DNA of 64,000 nt from Chiayiivirga flava (GTDB lineage: Bacteria; Pseudomonadota; Gammaproteobacteria; Xanthomonadales; Xanthomonadaceae), in contig NZ_JACHHP010000005.1 in assembly GCF_014202825.1 (NCBI RefSeq), positions 11,818-75,817 of the forward strand. The letters are read 5' to 3'. How positions within the stretch are numbered: the first letter of the stretch is position 1; every line of letters begins with the position of its first letter. The notes beneath the pieces are model-generated. The model saw nothing but the letters and a program-made list of their open reading frames with translations, searched no databases and was not told the origin of the DNA. Of the stretch, positions 10,484-24,225 are shown one piece after another. The position numbers and the translations under genes were made by a program.

Positions 10484-11853
10484 CGGGAGTCCATCGTTCG
10501 CAGCTCGCGCATCCGGCGCAGTCCGGTGCGTTCCGGCGTTCGAAGTCTACCGCAAGCCCATCGCCATGACCCTGCTCGCCCTCGGCTTGAACCACCAGAC
10601 CGCACCGGTCGCGCTGCGCGAAACGCTTGCGATCGACGCCGACGCGATGCCCGCCGCCGTGCGCGATCTGCTGGCCCAGCCCGGGGTGCACGAAGCCGCG
10701 CTGCTGTCGACCTGCAACCGCACCGAAATCTACTGCCGCATCGACGCCGGTGCCGAGGCGGTCCCCGCGCGCTGGCTCGCGCAACGCAGCCGCCTGGGCC
10801 CGGGCCAGCTCGAGACCTATCTCTACACCCATCGCGACGGCGACGCCGCGCGCCATCTGTTCCGCGTGGCGACGGGCCTGGATTCGATGGTGCTCGGCGA
10901 GCCGCAGATCCTCGGCCAGGTGAAGGAGGCCTACCAGCACGCGCGCGGCGCCGGTGCGCTGAAGACGCCGCTCGATCGCCTGTTCCAGCAGACCTTCGCG
11001 GTGGCCAAGCGCGCCCGCACCGACACCCGCATCGGCGCGCATCCGGTGTCGGTGGCGTTTGCCGCGGTGCGGCTCGCGCAGCGCGTGTTCACCGCGCTCG
11101 ACGAGGCCACGGTGCTGCTGGTCGGTGCCGGCGACACCATCGAACTTGCCGCGCGCCATCTGGTGGACCAGAACGTGCGGCGCCTGCTGGTAGCCAACCG
11201 CACGCTCGAACATGCACAGACGCTGGCCTCGCGCTTCGGCGGCTACGCGCTGCCGCTCGACGATCTGGAACGCCATCTGGCCGAGGCCGACATCGTGATC
11301 TGCGCCACCGCCAGCCGCGAGCCGGTGCTGCGACGCGATGCGGTGCAGCGCGCGCTGCGCACGCGTCGGCACCGGCCGATGTTCCTGCTCGACCTGGCCG
11401 TGCCGCGCGACATCGAGGCCAGCGTCGCGGACCTCGACGACGTCTTCGTCTACACCGTCGACGACCTCGAACAGGTCATCGACGACAACCGCCGCTCGCG
11501 GCGCGAGGCCGCGGACCAGGCCGAAGCCATCATCGAGCTGCAGGTGGAGCACTATCTCGCGTGGTGGCGCGCGGCCGACCAGCAGGACACGCTCAAGCGC
11601 CTGCGCCGGCACAGCGAGGCCGAACGCGATGCCACGCTCGCGCGCGCCGCCGACCTTCTGGCGCAGGGCAAATCGCCGCAGCAGGCGCTGGAATTTCTCG
11701 CCCATACCCTCACCAACAAGCTGCTGCACACGCCGAGCGCCAACCTGCGCGCCGCCGCGCTGCGCGGCGACCGCGACCTGCTGCAGGCCGCCGCGCGCCT
11801 GTTCGACGCCGATGCGCCCAACGCGCGCGATCCTTCTCCCCGCCTGGACACCG

Positions 11854-12936
<1,083 letters not shown>

Positions 12937-13005
12937 GTCGCACGAAGGTGCATGTCTGGGGGGGGGCCGGGCACCGGGTCGATGGTTGTCGCTCGTCGCG
13001 GCGAG

Positions 13006-13268
13006 CCCCCTCCCGCCTGCCGGCACCCTCCCCCGCTGCGCGGGAGAGGGATGCTTCGATGCATGCCGGGGCGGAATGGCGACCGCCGCACCGCCTGCCG
13101 CAGCGAGACGCTGACTCGCGCAGGCGATCACGCCCCTCCCGCCTCGCCGACGACGCCCCACATCGCCCGGCTCTCCCTTCACCCGCACCGCCGGCAACTT
13201 TCCAACGCAACCCGCTTGTCCCTTCTCCCGCAACGCGGGGGAAGGTGCCCGAAGGGCGGAAGGGGGCG
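13006..13268. repeat. Family-A repeat pair A1, two inverted 45-bp units flanking a 170-bp spacer
   Basis: Unit 13006-13050 is ccctcccgcctgccggcaccctcccccgctgcgcgggagaggg. Unit 13220-13268 is the inverted copy cccttctcccgcaacgcgggggaaggtgcccgaagggcggaagggggcg. Confidence 0.65.
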
Positions 13269-13313
13269 CTCTCCGACCTCCGACGCCGACCGCTCCCTCC
13301 CCGAGGCCCCCGC

Positions 13314-13835
13314 ATGACCGCCGCCACCGACTTCCACCCGCTCAACCTCTGCGTGCTCACCGTCTCCGACACGCGCCACGCCGGCAACGACAGCTCCGGC
13401 GACTACCTCGCCGAAGCGCTCACCGCCGCGGGCCATCACCTGCTCGCGCGTGCGCTCCTGCCCGACAACGTCTACGCACTGCGCGCGCTGGTCTCTCAGT
13501 GGATCGCCGACGAGGCCGTCGACGGCATCCTCGTCACCGGCGGCACCGGTTTCACCGGCCGCGACTCGACGCCCGAGGCACTGCTGCCGCTGCTCGACAA
13601 GCAGATGCCGGGCTTCGGCGAGATGTTCCGCGTGCTCTCGTTCGACGAGATCGGCACGTCCACGCTGCAGTCGCGCGCGTTCGCCGGCCTCGCCAACGCC
13701 ACCTTCCTGTTCGCCCTGCCCGGCTCCACGTCGGCATGCCGCACCGGCTGGGAGAAACTCATCGCGCATCAGCTCGACGCCCGCACCCGGCCCTGCAATC
13801 TCGCGGGCCTGAAGCCGCGCCTGCGCGAACGCTGA
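13314..13835 (+). CDS. moaB: Molybdenum cofactor biosynthesis protein B (MoaB/MogA family)
   Basis: [21 protein letters not shown]...[19 protein letters not shown]...[15 protein letters not shown] aligns along the full length with E. coli MoaB. The upstream in-frame extension runs through REP copies and is rejected. Confidence 0.8.
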   Translation: MTAATDFHPLNLCVLTVSDTRHAGNDSSGDYLAEALTAAGHHLLARALLPDNVYALRALVSQWIADEAVDGILVTGGTGFTGRDSTPEALLPLLDKQMPGFGEMFRVLSFDEIGTSTLQSRAFAGLANATFLFALPGSTSACRTGWEKLIAHQLDARTRPCNLAGLKPRLRER

Positions 13836-13872
13836 GCCGGCGCGCGGCAGCGCTCCGCCCTATCATCCGCCG

Positions 13873-15612
13873 ATGGCCCGCATCCCCGACGCATTCATCG
13901 ACGATGTCCTCGCCCGCACCGACATCGTCGAACTGATCGGCGCGCGCGTGCCGCTCAAGCGCGCGGGCCGCGAATACGGCGCGCGCTGTCCGTTCCACGA
14001 CGAGCGCTCGCCCTCGTTCACCGTGTCGCCCACCAAGCAGTTCTACCACTGCTTCGGCTGCGGCGCGCACGGCACCGCGCTCAAGTTCCTGATGGAATAC
14101 GACCGGCTCGAATTCCTCGATGCGGTCGAGGAACTCGCCAAGCGCGTCGGCATGGAGGTGCCGCGCGAAACGCGCCAGCACAACGAAAACGACGAAGCGC
14201 GCCCGATGTACGCGGCGCTGGACGCCGCGGCCGCGTTTTTCCGCGCACAGCTTGCGTCCACGCCAAAGGCGCGGGCGTATCTGGACCGGCGCGGCGTGGA
14301 TGCGACCAACCGCGAGCGTTTCGCGATCGGCTGGGCGCCCGAGGGCTTCGACACGCTGAAGAACGCTCTCGGCCGCGACGAGGCCGCGCTGCGCACGCTC
14401 GAACGCGTCGGCATGTTGTCGAAAAGCGATTCCGGCCGCGTCTACGACAAGTTCCGCGAACGCGTGATGTTTCCCATCCACGACCGCCGCGGCCGCGTGA
14501 TCGCCTTCGGCGGCCGCGTGCTTGCGAAGGACGACGGGCCGAAGTACCTCAACTCGCCCGAGACGCCGTTGTTCCACAAGGGACGCGAGCTCTACGGCCT
14601 GTGGCAGGTGCGGCAGGCGCATTCGAAGATTCCGCGTCTGGTCGTGGTCGAGGGCTACATGGACGTGGTGTCGCTGTTCCAGTACGGCGTCGACACCGCC
14701 GTGGCCACGCTCGGCACCGCGACCACGCCCGACCACGCCGAGCTGCTGTTCCGCAACGCGGCCGACGTGTATTTCTGCTTCGACGGTGACAACGCCGGAC
14801 GCAAGGCCGCGTGGCGCGCGCTCGAATCAGTGCTGCCGCGCATGAAGGACGGCCGCCAGGCGTTCTTCCTGTTCCTGCCCGATGGCGAAGACCCGGACAC
14901 CATCGTGCGCAGCGAAGGCGCGGCCGGCTTCGATGCGCGCCTGCAGCAGGCGACTCCGCTGTCGCAGTTCCTGTTCGATTCGCTCGCCGTGGACATCAAT
15001 CTCGCCACGCTCGACGGCAAGGCGCGCCTGGCCGAACGCGCGAAACCGCTGCTGGCGCAAATTCCCGATGGCGCGTTCGGCGATCTCATGCGACAGCGGC
15101 TCACCGAACTGACCGGCGTCGGCGCGCGTGCGAGCGCGCCCGACTCGCACCTTCCCGCGGGTCGGCCGCAGGCGTCGGCGCGGACCTCCGCCACCCCGAA
15201 GCGCAGCCTCGTGCGCAGCGCGATTTCGTTGCTGCTGCAACAGCCCGGGCTCGGGCTGGAGGTGGAATCGACGGCGGGCTTCGAACCGCTGCGCCAGCCG
15301 GGCGTGCCGCTGCTGCTGGAACTGATCGCGCTGGTGCGTGCGCGCCCGGACATCAACACCGGCGCGCTGCTCGAACACTTCGCCGGTCGCGAGGAGGAAT
15401 CCGCGCTGCAGAAGCTCGCCGCGCAGTCGTTGCCGGGCGATGTCGCGGCGTGGCGGGTGGAGTTCGTCGATGCACTGCACCAGCTGACGCGGCAGACGCG
15501 GCAGCAGCGCGTGGAGGAATTGAACCTGCGCATGCGCGAGGGCGGCATGGGGGCGCTGTCGGAGGACGAGAAGGCGGAGTGGCGGGAGCTGCAGGTGACG
15601 TCGCGAAAATAG
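13873..15612 (+). CDS. dnaG: DNA primase
   Basis: MARIPDAFIDDVLARTDIVELIG...CPFHDERSPSFTVSPTKQFYHCFGCGAHG has the zinc-ribbon and TOPRIM motifs. Length is 579 aa. Confidence 0.9.
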   Translation: MARIPDAFIDDVLARTDIVELIGARVPLKRAGREYGARCPFHDERSPSFTVSPTKQFYHCFGCGAHGTALKFLMEYDRLEFLDAVEELAKRVGMEVPRETRQHNENDEARPMYAALDAAAAFFRAQLASTPKARAYLDRRGVDATNRERFAIGWAPEGFDTLKNALGRDEAALRTLERVGMLSKSDSGRVYDKFRERVMFPIHDRRGRVIAFGGRVLAKDDGPKYLNSPETPLFHKGRELYGLWQVRQAHSKIPRLVVVEGYMDVVSLFQYGVDTAVATLGTATTPDHAELLFRNAADVYFCFDGDNAGRKAAWRALESVLPRMKDGRQAFFLFLPDGEDPDTIVRSEGAAGFDARLQQATPLSQFLFDSLAVDINLATLDGKARLAERAKPLLAQIPDGAFGDLMRQRLTELTGVGARASAPDSHLPAGRPQASARTSATPKRSLVRSAISLLLQQPGLGLEVESTAGFEPLRQPGVPLLLELIALVRARPDINTGALLEHFAGREEESALQKLAAQSLPGDVAAWRVEFVDALHQLTRQTRQQRVEELNLRMREGGMGALSEDEKAEWRELQVTSRK

Positions 15613-15633
15613 CGTTTTCCTGCAGCAGAAACA

Positions 15634-15790
15634 CCCCCTTCCGCCTGCCGGCACCTTCCCCCGCTGCGCGGGAGAAGGGCTCCTCCGATCGACGTCATTA
15701 GCGAGGGCTACGCATGCCAGTGTCCGAACGCTATCCGAAGAGTCCTTCTCCCGCAGAGCGGGGGAAGGTGCCGGCAGGCGGAAGGGGGTG
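15634..15790. repeat. Family-A repeat pair A2, inverted units separated by about 60 bp
   Basis: 15634-15680 is ccccttccgcctgccggcaccttcccccgctgcgcgggagaagg. 15744-15790 is tccttctcccgcagagcgggggaaggtgccggcaggcggaagggggtg. Confidence 0.7.
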
Positions 15791-15807
15791 CGTTCAGACC
15801 AGCACAC

Positions 15808-16971
15808 TCAGCCCCACACTTCCCCCATCACCCGCGCAAAATTCCCGCCGAGAATCTTCTCGATCCGCGCATCGCTGTGCCCGCGCGACGACAGCATCGC
15901 CGCAATCGTCTCGTACCGCCGCGCATGATTCAGATCCGGCAGGAACGTGACGAGCTCCGTCGACCGCCCCGGCGCCAGCGTGCCGTCATCCAGCAGCATC
16001 TGCATGAACTCGGTGTTGTCCTTCACGAACTCCGGCGTCATCGCCACGGGCGAAATCGAATTGTCGCTGCCGATGCCCACATGGTCCTCGCCGCACACGT
16101 CGATGGCGTGTTCGAGGTGCCACAGCAGATCGTTCGCCATCGGCTGTCCGTCGACGCGCAGGAACGGCCAGAACAGGATGCCGACGACGCCGCCGCGCTC
16201 GGCCAGCGCGCGCAGTTCGGCGTCGGCGGTGTTGCGCGGCAGGTCCGCGAGTGCGGCGCAGCCGGTGTGGCCGATCAGCACCGGCGCCTTCGACGCCGCG
16301 ATCGCTTCGCGCGTGGTGCGACGGCCACCGTGGGCAAGATCCACCAGCACGCGACGCGTGTTGCAGCGTTCGATCACGCCGCGGCCGAACGCGCTCAGAC
16401 CCGCATCGCCCGGCTCCATGCAGCCGTCGCCGACGAGGTTGCGGCGGTTGTGCGTGAGCTGCAGTACGCGCAGTCCGAGTGCATGGAACGTGTCGATGCG
16501 ATCGAGATCCTCGCCGATCGGCGAGCTTTCCTGGAAGCCGTAGATGACGCCCACCTTGTTCTCGCGCCTGGCGCGCGCGATGTCGTCGGCGCGATCGATG
16601 CGCAGGAACGTGTCCGGCCGCGCCGCGATCTGCCGCTCCCAGTGCGCGATGTTGCGCACCGTGGTTTCGAACGCGTCCGCACCGAAACGGAAGCGGCCGT
16701 TCGGCGCCAGCGTCAGCACCACGGCGGTGAGGCCGGATTCGCGCGCGTCGGCGACATCGACATCGGACAGCATGCCGTCCGGCGTGCCGGGCCAGCGCCC
16801 GAACATGCCGGCGGCGTCGATCGCGATGCTGCGTACGTACGGCGCCCAGTCGGTCGGCGGCGGCGACAGTGCCGCGGCGCGCGTGTTCCATGCGGCAATG
16901 GCAGCGGCGCCGACGGCGAGAAAACCGCGGCGGTCGATTCGAAGTGTCGGCATCGTCGTCATCCCGTGCAT
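15808..16971 (-). CDS. Membrane dipeptidase (peptidase M19 family), Tat-signal
   Basis: MTTMPTLRIDRRGFLAVGAAAIAAW is a twin-arginine signal. The body (DLAHGGRRTTREAI, HTGCAAL, GIGSD) matches renal-dipeptidase-family enzymes. Confidence 0.75.
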   Translation of the reverse strand: MHGMTTMPTLRIDRRGFLAVGAAAIAAWNTRAAALSPPPTDWAPYVRSIAIDAAGMFGRWPGTPDGMLSDVDVADARESGLTAVVLTLAPNGRFRFGADAFETTVRNIAHWERQIAARPDTFLRIDRADDIARARRENKVGVIYGFQESSPIGEDLDRIDTFHALGLRVLQLTHNRRNLVGDGCMEPGDAGLSAFGRGVIERCNTRRVLVDLAHGGRRTTREAIAASKAPVLIGHTGCAALADLPRNTADAELRALAERGGVVGILFWPFLRVDGQPMANDLLWHLEHAIDVCGEDHVGIGSDNSISPVAMTPEFVKDNTEFMQMLLDDGTLAPGRSTELVTFLPDLNHARRYETIAAMLSSRGHSDARIEKILGGNFARVMGEVWG

Positions 16972-17064
16972 GGCATCGGCGCGCTTCGTTTCGTCGTGCG
17001 CGGGCGCCTGCGCGCACGGTCTGCATTATGCTCCGGTGCTGACGCGTTTCCGCCGGAGCCTCCG

Positions 17065-19023
<1,959 letters not shown>

Positions 19024-19047
19024 TCGCATTGCGTCCGCAGGCCAGGT

Positions 19048-20226
19048 TCACTGCGGGCGCCCCACCAAGGCCGCCGGTATGAAGCCTTCCGCCGTCAGCG
19101 CGCTGATCACGCCGCGCAGCAGCACGTTGTGGCTGAAACCGATCGTGTACTGTCGCGCGTTCGGTCGAATCGGCTGCAGCATGCCGGCGTCGACGAGTTT
19201 GCGGATCTGGTAGGTGCGCTGATTGCCGGTCAGTCCCGGCAACACCGTTTCAAGATCGCCGGCCTTGATCACGCCCGCGCGCACGGCGGCTGTCAGGACG
19301 AGCAACTCGTCCGCGGTCACCAGGCGGCGCTCCCCTGCATGTGCCAGCGCCGGGAGCAATACGCGACCCTTCAGGTACGCGTAGTCGGCGAGCCGATCGA
19401 CCTTTTCCAGTTCGTCGCGCACGCCTGCGAGGACATAGGTGCACCAGGTCTCCAGGCCTGTATCGGTGCCTGTGTCGGCGATTGCGAGCATCGCGTAGTA
19501 GCGGTCACGGTCTGCGCAGAACACGGCCGCGGGATTCAGCAGTCGGCCTACCGGGCCGTCCTGCAGGCTGACGCGAAATCCGAATTTTCTCAGCAGTGCG
19601 TAGGTGAGCAGGCGCACGACGCGCCCGTTGCCATTGCCGAACGGATGCACCCAGGCAAACCGGTGGTGCGCGAGCGCGACCTTCATCAGATCGTACTTCG
19701 GCGGGTCGGCGCGGTTGATGAAGTCGACGAGCTCGGCCATGTACCCGGCCACGCGCAGCGCGGGCGGTGGTCGATGCTGCGCCTGCGCGATCAGCACCTC
19801 GCCCGGCCGATAGGCACCCGGATTGCGATCGCCTTCACGCACCAGGCCCTGGACCGTGCGCGCGTGCAAACCTCGCAGCAGTGATTCTGTGATCGCATCA
19901 CCGGGGCCTAGCGCGGATTCGACATCGTTCATCGCCGCATCGATGTTGTCGATTTCGTGCAGCTGATCCCCGCGCTGCGGCGCATCGACAACCTTTGCTT
20001 CCACATAGTCGGCAAGTGTGGTGTGGTTGCCCTCGATGCGGGCGGACGCAAGGCTTTCGAGAAGATGGAAGACCTGCTTGAGTTCGGTGAAGACCTGCGG
20101 CGGCGTGGTGCCGCGCAATTCGAGCCTGCGCAGATGCTCAAGGTCAGTCAGCACGTCCAGCAGCGGCGACGTGAAGGACGGGTTGAGCAATCGGAGATCG
20201 TGGTGGACGAACCGGGACGGCATCAT
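19048..20226 (-). CDS. Fic family protein (AMPylation/Doc-like)
   Basis: 392 aa containing the Fic motif HPFGNGNGR. Its 5' side is flanked by an AT-rich island. Confidence 0.8.
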   Translation of the reverse strand: MMPSRFVHHDLRLLNPSFTSPLLDVLTDLEHLRRLELRGTTPPQVFTELKQVFHLLESLASARIEGNHTTLADYVEAKVVDAPQRGDQLHEIDNIDAAMNDVESALGPGDAITESLLRGLHARTVQGLVREGDRNPGAYRPGEVLIAQAQHRPPPALRVAGYMAELVDFINRADPPKYDLMKVALAHHRFAWVHPFGNGNGRVVRLLTYALLRKFGFRVSLQDGPVGRLLNPAAVFCADRDRYYAMLAIADTGTDTGLETWCTYVLAGVRDELEKVDRLADYAYLKGRVLLPALAHAGERRLVTADELLVLTAAVRAGVIKAGDLETVLPGLTGNQRTYQIRKLVDAGMLQPIRPNARQYTIGFSHNVLLRGVISALTAEGFIPAALVGRPQ

Positions 20227-20345
20227 GGAAGATCCGCAAAGGATGCAACGATGATACTGAATTTTTTCCCTGAATCAATTGAAAAACAATATGTTATTAG
20301 AATAGATCTGAAGAAACATCTTTAATCTTCGATCTCGTGATGTTG
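20227..20345 (-). promoter_or_regulatory. AT-rich island upstream of fic with a sigma70-like promoter
   Basis: About 120 bp at about 30% GC in a 70% GC genome. On the minus strand TTGATT, a 16-nt spacer and TATCAT sit about 30 nt upstream of the Fic ATG. The near-palindrome aacaatatgtt is also present. Confidence 0.4.
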
Positions 20346-20373
20346 CTTCCGCGACAGCGGGAACGCGCGGCGG

Positions 20374-21264
20374 TCAGCCCGCGGATGCGGGAATGCCCAC
20401 CGGCGCCAGATAGTGATCCACTAGCAGAAATGCAAACAGCACCATCAGATACCAGATCGAGTAACTGAAGACGTCCATCGCGAATCGCTCGCTCGGCGGG
20501 TTCATCAGCCGGATCGCGTAGTAGAGGAACCCCGCACCCAGCACCAGCGCGCCGCCGAGGTAGAACACGCCGCTCATGCCGGTGAGCCACGGCAGCAGCG
20601 TCACCAGCACCAGCAGGATGGTGTAGAACAGCACGTGCCAGCGCGTGTACTGCACGCCGTACGCCACCGGCAGCATCGGGATCAACGCACGCGCGTAATC
20701 CTCGCGACGGAAGATCGCGAGCGCCCAGAAATGCGGCGGCGTCCACACGAAGATGATCAGCACCAGCAGCCAGGCATGCGGATGCGCTTCGCCGGTGACG
20801 GCGGCCCAGCCCAGCAGCGGCGGCGCGGCGCCGGCGATGCCCCCGATGACGATGTTCTGCGGCGTGGCGCGCTTGAGATAGGCGGTGTACACCACGGCGT
20901 AGCCGATCAGCGACGCGAAGGTGAGCGCAGCGGTCAGCGGGTTGGTGAAGACCAGCAGGATCGCCATCGATGCGACGCCCAGCGCGATCGCGAACAGCAG
21001 CACCTGCATCGGCTTCAGTGCGCCGCTCGGCAACGGACGGTGCGACGTACGCGCCATCACCGCATCGATGCGTTGGTCGATCAGATGGTTGATCGCGGCC
21101 GCCGATGCCGCCGCGAGCCAGATGCCGATGAAGCCCATCGTCGCCGGCAGCAGCGGCGGGATGCCGGGCACGGCCAGCAGCATGCCGATGATCGCGGTGA
21201 ACACGATCAGCGCGACGACGCGCGGCTTGGTCAGCGCCCAGTAGTCGCGCATGCCGACGCTCAT
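20374..21264 (-). CDS. ctaB: Protoheme IX farnesyltransferase (heme o synthase)
   Basis: [31 protein letters not shown] and the UbiA-family transmembrane pattern. The start overlaps the ctaA stop as ATGA. The 635-aa track ORF is a frame-fusion artefact. Confidence 0.85.
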   Translation of the reverse strand: MSVGMRDYWALTKPRVVALIVFTAIIGMLLAVPGIPPLLPATMGFIGIWLAAASAAAINHLIDQRIDAVMARTSHRPLPSGALKPMQVLLFAIALGVASMAILLVFTNPLTAALTFASLIGYAVVYTAYLKRATPQNIVIGGIAGAAPPLLGWAAVTGEAHPHAWLLVLIIFVWTPPHFWALAIFRREDYARALIPMLPVAYGVQYTRWHVLFYTILLVLVTLLPWLTGMSGVFYLGGALVLGAGFLYYAIRLMNPPSERFAMDVFSYSIWYLMVLFAFLLVDHYLAPVGIPASAG

Positions 21265-22406
21265 GCGCGCTGGCGGATCCGCGCGAGCAGCGACACCAGC
21301 GCGAACAGCAGGATCGCCGCGCCGGCGTTGTGCGCCACGGCCACCTTCAGCGGCAAGCCCTCGATCACGTTGAGGATGCCGAGCAATACCTGCACGCCGA
21401 GCAGGATCCAGATCGCCTTGCCCCAGCCGGCAAGTTCCGGGATGCGACGCAGCCTGAAGCCGAGTGCGATCAGATGTCCGGCGACCACGAGCGCGAACAC
21501 GCGATGCGTCAGGTGGATCGCGACCCGCGCCGGCGCGTCCAGCACGCCGCCTTCGTAGTCGACCCCGATGCCGCGCCACAGCACGAAGGCTTCGCGGAAA
21601 TCGGTCGGCGGCGTCCACGAGCCCAGGCAATGCGGAAAATTCGTGCCGCAGGCGAGCGCGGCATAGTTGGCCGACACCCAGCCGCCGAGCGCGATCTGGA
21701 TGGCGACCAGCACGAGCCCGATCGTCAGCATCGGCTTGATCCGGACTTCCGGTGCGAGCGCGATCGCCGCATTGGGCGAGGCGCGGCACGCAACGAACAC
21801 GAGCAGCGAAAAGGTCGTCATGCCGCCGAGCAGGTGCGCCATCACCACCACCGGCTTCAGCAGCCACGTCACCGTCCACATGCCGAGCAGGGCCTGGAAG
21901 ATGATCACCGCCAGCAGCAGCGACGAGGCCCGGGTGAAATCGCCACGCGGCGACGCGTGCGAGCCCGGCCGCAACACGTACGCGACCAGCAGGCCTTCGC
22001 CGATGGCCGCCAGCACGCTGGCCCAGACGTGTTCGCCGCGCATGTAGACCGGGATGGCGATCGCCACCAGCGCGCTTGCGCCGAGCACCACGGCAAGCCC
22101 GCGCGGCACGCGGCGCGCGGCGAGCACGGCGAGGGCGAGCACCAGCAGCCCGAGTGTCGCCGCGAGGTGGCGGTGGAATTGCTCGCGCCAGGTCTTGTGG
22201 GTTTCGACCGGGCGTTCGTAGTTGGCGTTCGCGTGCGCCACGTCCACCTCGTGCACGGGCCACGTGGCGCGGCCGTAGCACGTGGGCCAGTCCGGGCAGG
22301 ACAGTCCGGCATTGGACAGGCGCACGAACGCGCCGAACACGATCACGATCAGCGCGAGCAGCACGGCGATCCAGGCGATCTTGTTGTAGAGACGGTGCGG
22401 GAGCAT
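21261..22406 (-). CDS. ctaA: Heme A synthase (COX15/CtaA)
   Basis: [45 protein letters not shown] contains the conserved Cys pair and is multi-TM. The start was chosen at the internal Met; the first 32 track residues are likely not coding. Confidence 0.8.
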   Translation of the reverse strand: MLPHRLYNKIAWIAVLLALIVIVFGAFVRLSNAGLSCPDWPTCYGRATWPVHEVDVAHANANYERPVETHKTWREQFHRHLAATLGLLVLALAVLAARRVPRGLAVVLGASALVAIAIPVYMRGEHVWASVLAAIGEGLLVAYVLRPGSHASPRGDFTRASSLLLAVIIFQALLGMWTVTWLLKPVVVMAHLLGGMTTFSLLVFVACRASPNAAIALAPEVRIKPMLTIGLVLVAIQIALGGWVSANYAALACGTNFPHCLGSWTPPTDFREAFVLWRGIGVDYEGGVLDAPARVAIHLTHRVFALVVAGHLIALGFRLRRIPELAGWGKAIWILLGVQVLLGILNVIEGLPLKVAVAHNAGAAILLFALVSLLARIRQRA

Positions 22407-22506
22407 GGGTGGATGGTGCTTCGTGTAGGCGGAGGAGGGAACGCCCGAAGGCGGCGCGGTGGTCTTCGACCGTGTCGTGCGCGCAGTGCGCGCGTGCGGC
22501 ATCAGG

Positions 22507-23082
22507 TCATTTCAGCATCCGCGCGGTGTCTTCGCGCAGGTCGGCGACATCGAAGTCGGCACCGTACCGCAATGCGACGTTGCCGTTCGGATCGATGAGG
22601 TAGGCCGTGGGCCGCCCCTGCGTCGCGAGCCCCGGCAGGCGCGCGGAAAGATCGACGTTCTGCTGCATCGGCACGAAACGGCGGAACGGCACCGCGCCCG
22701 CGGGCACATCGCCGAACCACAACACATCGAGACGATCGGCGCGCCGGCCCTGCAGCTGCCAGACCTTGTCCAGGCCCTCGATCAGATCGACGCAGACCTG
22801 CGCGCAGCCGGGCGTGGCCACCACCGCGATCTGCCAGCGCCGATCGTACGGCGCCCACGCGTACGGCGTGCCGTCGGCGCGCACCAGTTGCAGATCGTCA
22901 AGCTGCACCATCGGCGAGAGCAACTCGCCGCGGTTGCGCGTGTCGGTGGGTTTCCAGCCGCTCAGGTGCAGCAGCGCGGCAGCGAAGAACGGCAGCGTGA
23001 ACAGCGCGAACACGCCCACCAGCATGAGGCGCGAACGGCGGCGGCGGACGGGATCGATCGGCGTTGGGTGCGGTACGTTCAT
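22507..23082 (-). CDS. CxxxC thioredoxin-fold protein in the cox assembly cluster (SCO1/SenC-like, uncertain)
   Basis: 191 aa with an N-terminal TM helix and a CAQVC motif (WQIAVVATPGCAQVCVD) positioned like the copper-binding CxxxC of SCO proteins. It sits between SURF1 and ctaA. The start overlaps the SURF1 stop. Confidence 0.5.
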   Translation of the reverse strand: MNVPHPTPIDPVRRRRSRLMLVGVFALFTLPFFAAALLHLSGWKPTDTRNRGELLSPMVQLDDLQLVRADGTPYAWAPYDRRWQIAVVATPGCAQVCVDLIEGLDKVWQLQGRRADRLDVLWFGDVPAGAVPFRRFVPMQQNVDLSARLPGLATQGRPTAYLIDPNGNVALRYGADFDVADLREDTARMLK

Positions 23083-23795
23083 CGGCGTGTCCTGCGAAAT
23101 CCGAGCACCAGCCACACCACGAACACGGTGACGGCCAGACCCCACCACTGCACCGCGTACCCGCGATGCCGCTCCGGTGGCAATGTGTTCTGCAGCACGT
23201 CCAGGTCGCGCTCGTAGCCGAGCGGAAGATCCGGATCGAGCCGAAGCACGCGCGGCGCCGGCGGGACGGCCAGGCCGGTGGCCGCGGCGATGGCGTGCAT
23301 GTCGATGCGCGTCAGCAGCCAGCCGTCCGCCGCGGGCGCGATGCCGGTGCCCAGCGCGATGCCGGCCGACGGCGGCGGCGCCAGCAGACCGCGTGCCTCG
23401 ATCCGACCCGCCGGCCGTTCGATGGTCGGCAACGCACGGTCGGCCGGCAGCGGCAGCCAGCCCAGGTCCACCAGCAGCGGCGTCGCGCTGCCGTCGACGA
23501 GCGCGAGCCGATACGCCCGCACGCCCGCGCGGCCGGCGCGCAGCTGGTTGTCGAGCAACAGCGGCCCGCGCGCGTCGAACTGCACGCTGCCGCTCGTCCA
23601 CTGCAGTGCGCGCGTTTCCCGCGCGACGGCATCGGCCAGCGGAACCGCCTCGCGCGCGGCGAGCATCTCGGCCGTTTCCAGCAGCAGGTGCTGCTTCTGC
23701 GTGCCGCGCTGCCACTGCCACGCGCCGAGCGCAGCGAACAGCGCAATGCCCGCCAGCGCCGCAAGCGCAAAGCCGAGGCGTCCCGGCCGTTTCAT
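23079..23795 (-). CDS. SURF1 family cytochrome oxidase assembly protein
   Basis: MKRPGRLGFALAALAGIALFAALGAWQWQRG...YAVQWWGLAVTVFVVWLVLGFRR. N- and C-terminal TM helices and the W-QRG and YA-QWW motifs are typical of SURF1. Confidence 0.8.
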   Translation of the reverse strand: MKRPGRLGFALAALAGIALFAALGAWQWQRGTQKQHLLLETAEMLAAREAVPLADAVARETRALQWTSGSVQFDARGPLLLDNQLRAGRAGVRAYRLALVDGSATPLLVDLGWLPLPADRALPTIERPAGRIEARGLLAPPPSAGIALGTGIAPAADGWLLTRIDMHAIAAATGLAVPPAPRVLRLDPDLPLGYERDLDVLQNTLPPERHRGYAVQWWGLAVTVFVVWLVLGFRRTRR

Positions 23796-23885
23796 CCGAC
23801 CATGCCCGCGCGACGCACGGTGAAGCTGCGATAATCCTCGTCCCGCAATTCGCGGCGCATGCGCCGGCTGGCGCAAGGTCGATCC

Positions 23886-24095
23886 ATGCTGCAGAAACTC
23901 ATCATCGTCGCCTTCCTGGTCCTGATCCTCTACAACCTCGGAGCCGGGCTGTACTACATGATCACGGACAAGGGCCAGACCAACCGAACCGTGAACGCGC
24001 TGACCAAGCGCATCGCGCTGAGCGTGGTGCTGATCCTGCTGGTGGTGCTGGGCATCTGGACCGGGGTGATCCAGCCGCACGATCTCGGACGCTAG
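23886..24095 (+). CDS. Twin transmembrane helix small protein (DUF2909)
   Basis: MLQKLIIVAFLVLILYNLGAGLYYMITDKGQTNRTVNALTKRIALSVVLILLVVLGIWTGVI has the two-TM architecture characteristic of this family in cox clusters. Confidence 0.6.
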   Translation: MLQKLIIVAFLVLILYNLGAGLYYMITDKGQTNRTVNALTKRIALSVVLILLVVLGIWTGVIQPHDLGR

Positions 24096-24123
24096 CCCAC
24101 GGACGCACCGGGTCCGAGGGCCT

Positions 24124-24220
24124 GATTCGTGATTCGTGATTCGTGATTCGTGATTCGTGATTCGGCGAGAGCGTGGCAGCTTGTGCCCGTTCGAATCCCG
24201 AATCCCGAATCGCGAATCGC
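24124..24220. repeat. GATTCGT heptamer palindromic array (family D copy 3) between convergent DUF2909 and ctaE
   Basis: Five-and-a-half tandem copies of gattcgt, a 28-nt loop, then the inverted arm cgaatcccgaatcccgaatcgcgaatcgcg. It could act as a bidirectional terminator hairpin. Confidence 0.7.
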
Positions 24221-24225
24221 GGCTG

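Noticed and set aside
15877-17064. 5' 396 codons of the 1048-aa plus-strand ORF
   Set aside because: Antisense to the M19 dipeptidase gene. The peptidase signal peptide starts at 17065.
20374-22281. 635-aa ORF fusing ctaB with an alternate frame of ctaA
   Set aside because: ctaB has its own ATG at 21264 overlapping the ctaA stop. The upstream frame is a shadow.
22404-22443. Apparent 1-nt frame inconsistency when hand-translating the ctaA N-terminus against the track peptide
   Set aside because: This is most likely my own counting error across a line break. Flanking gene coordinates agree with the track, so no frameshift or pseudogene is claimed.
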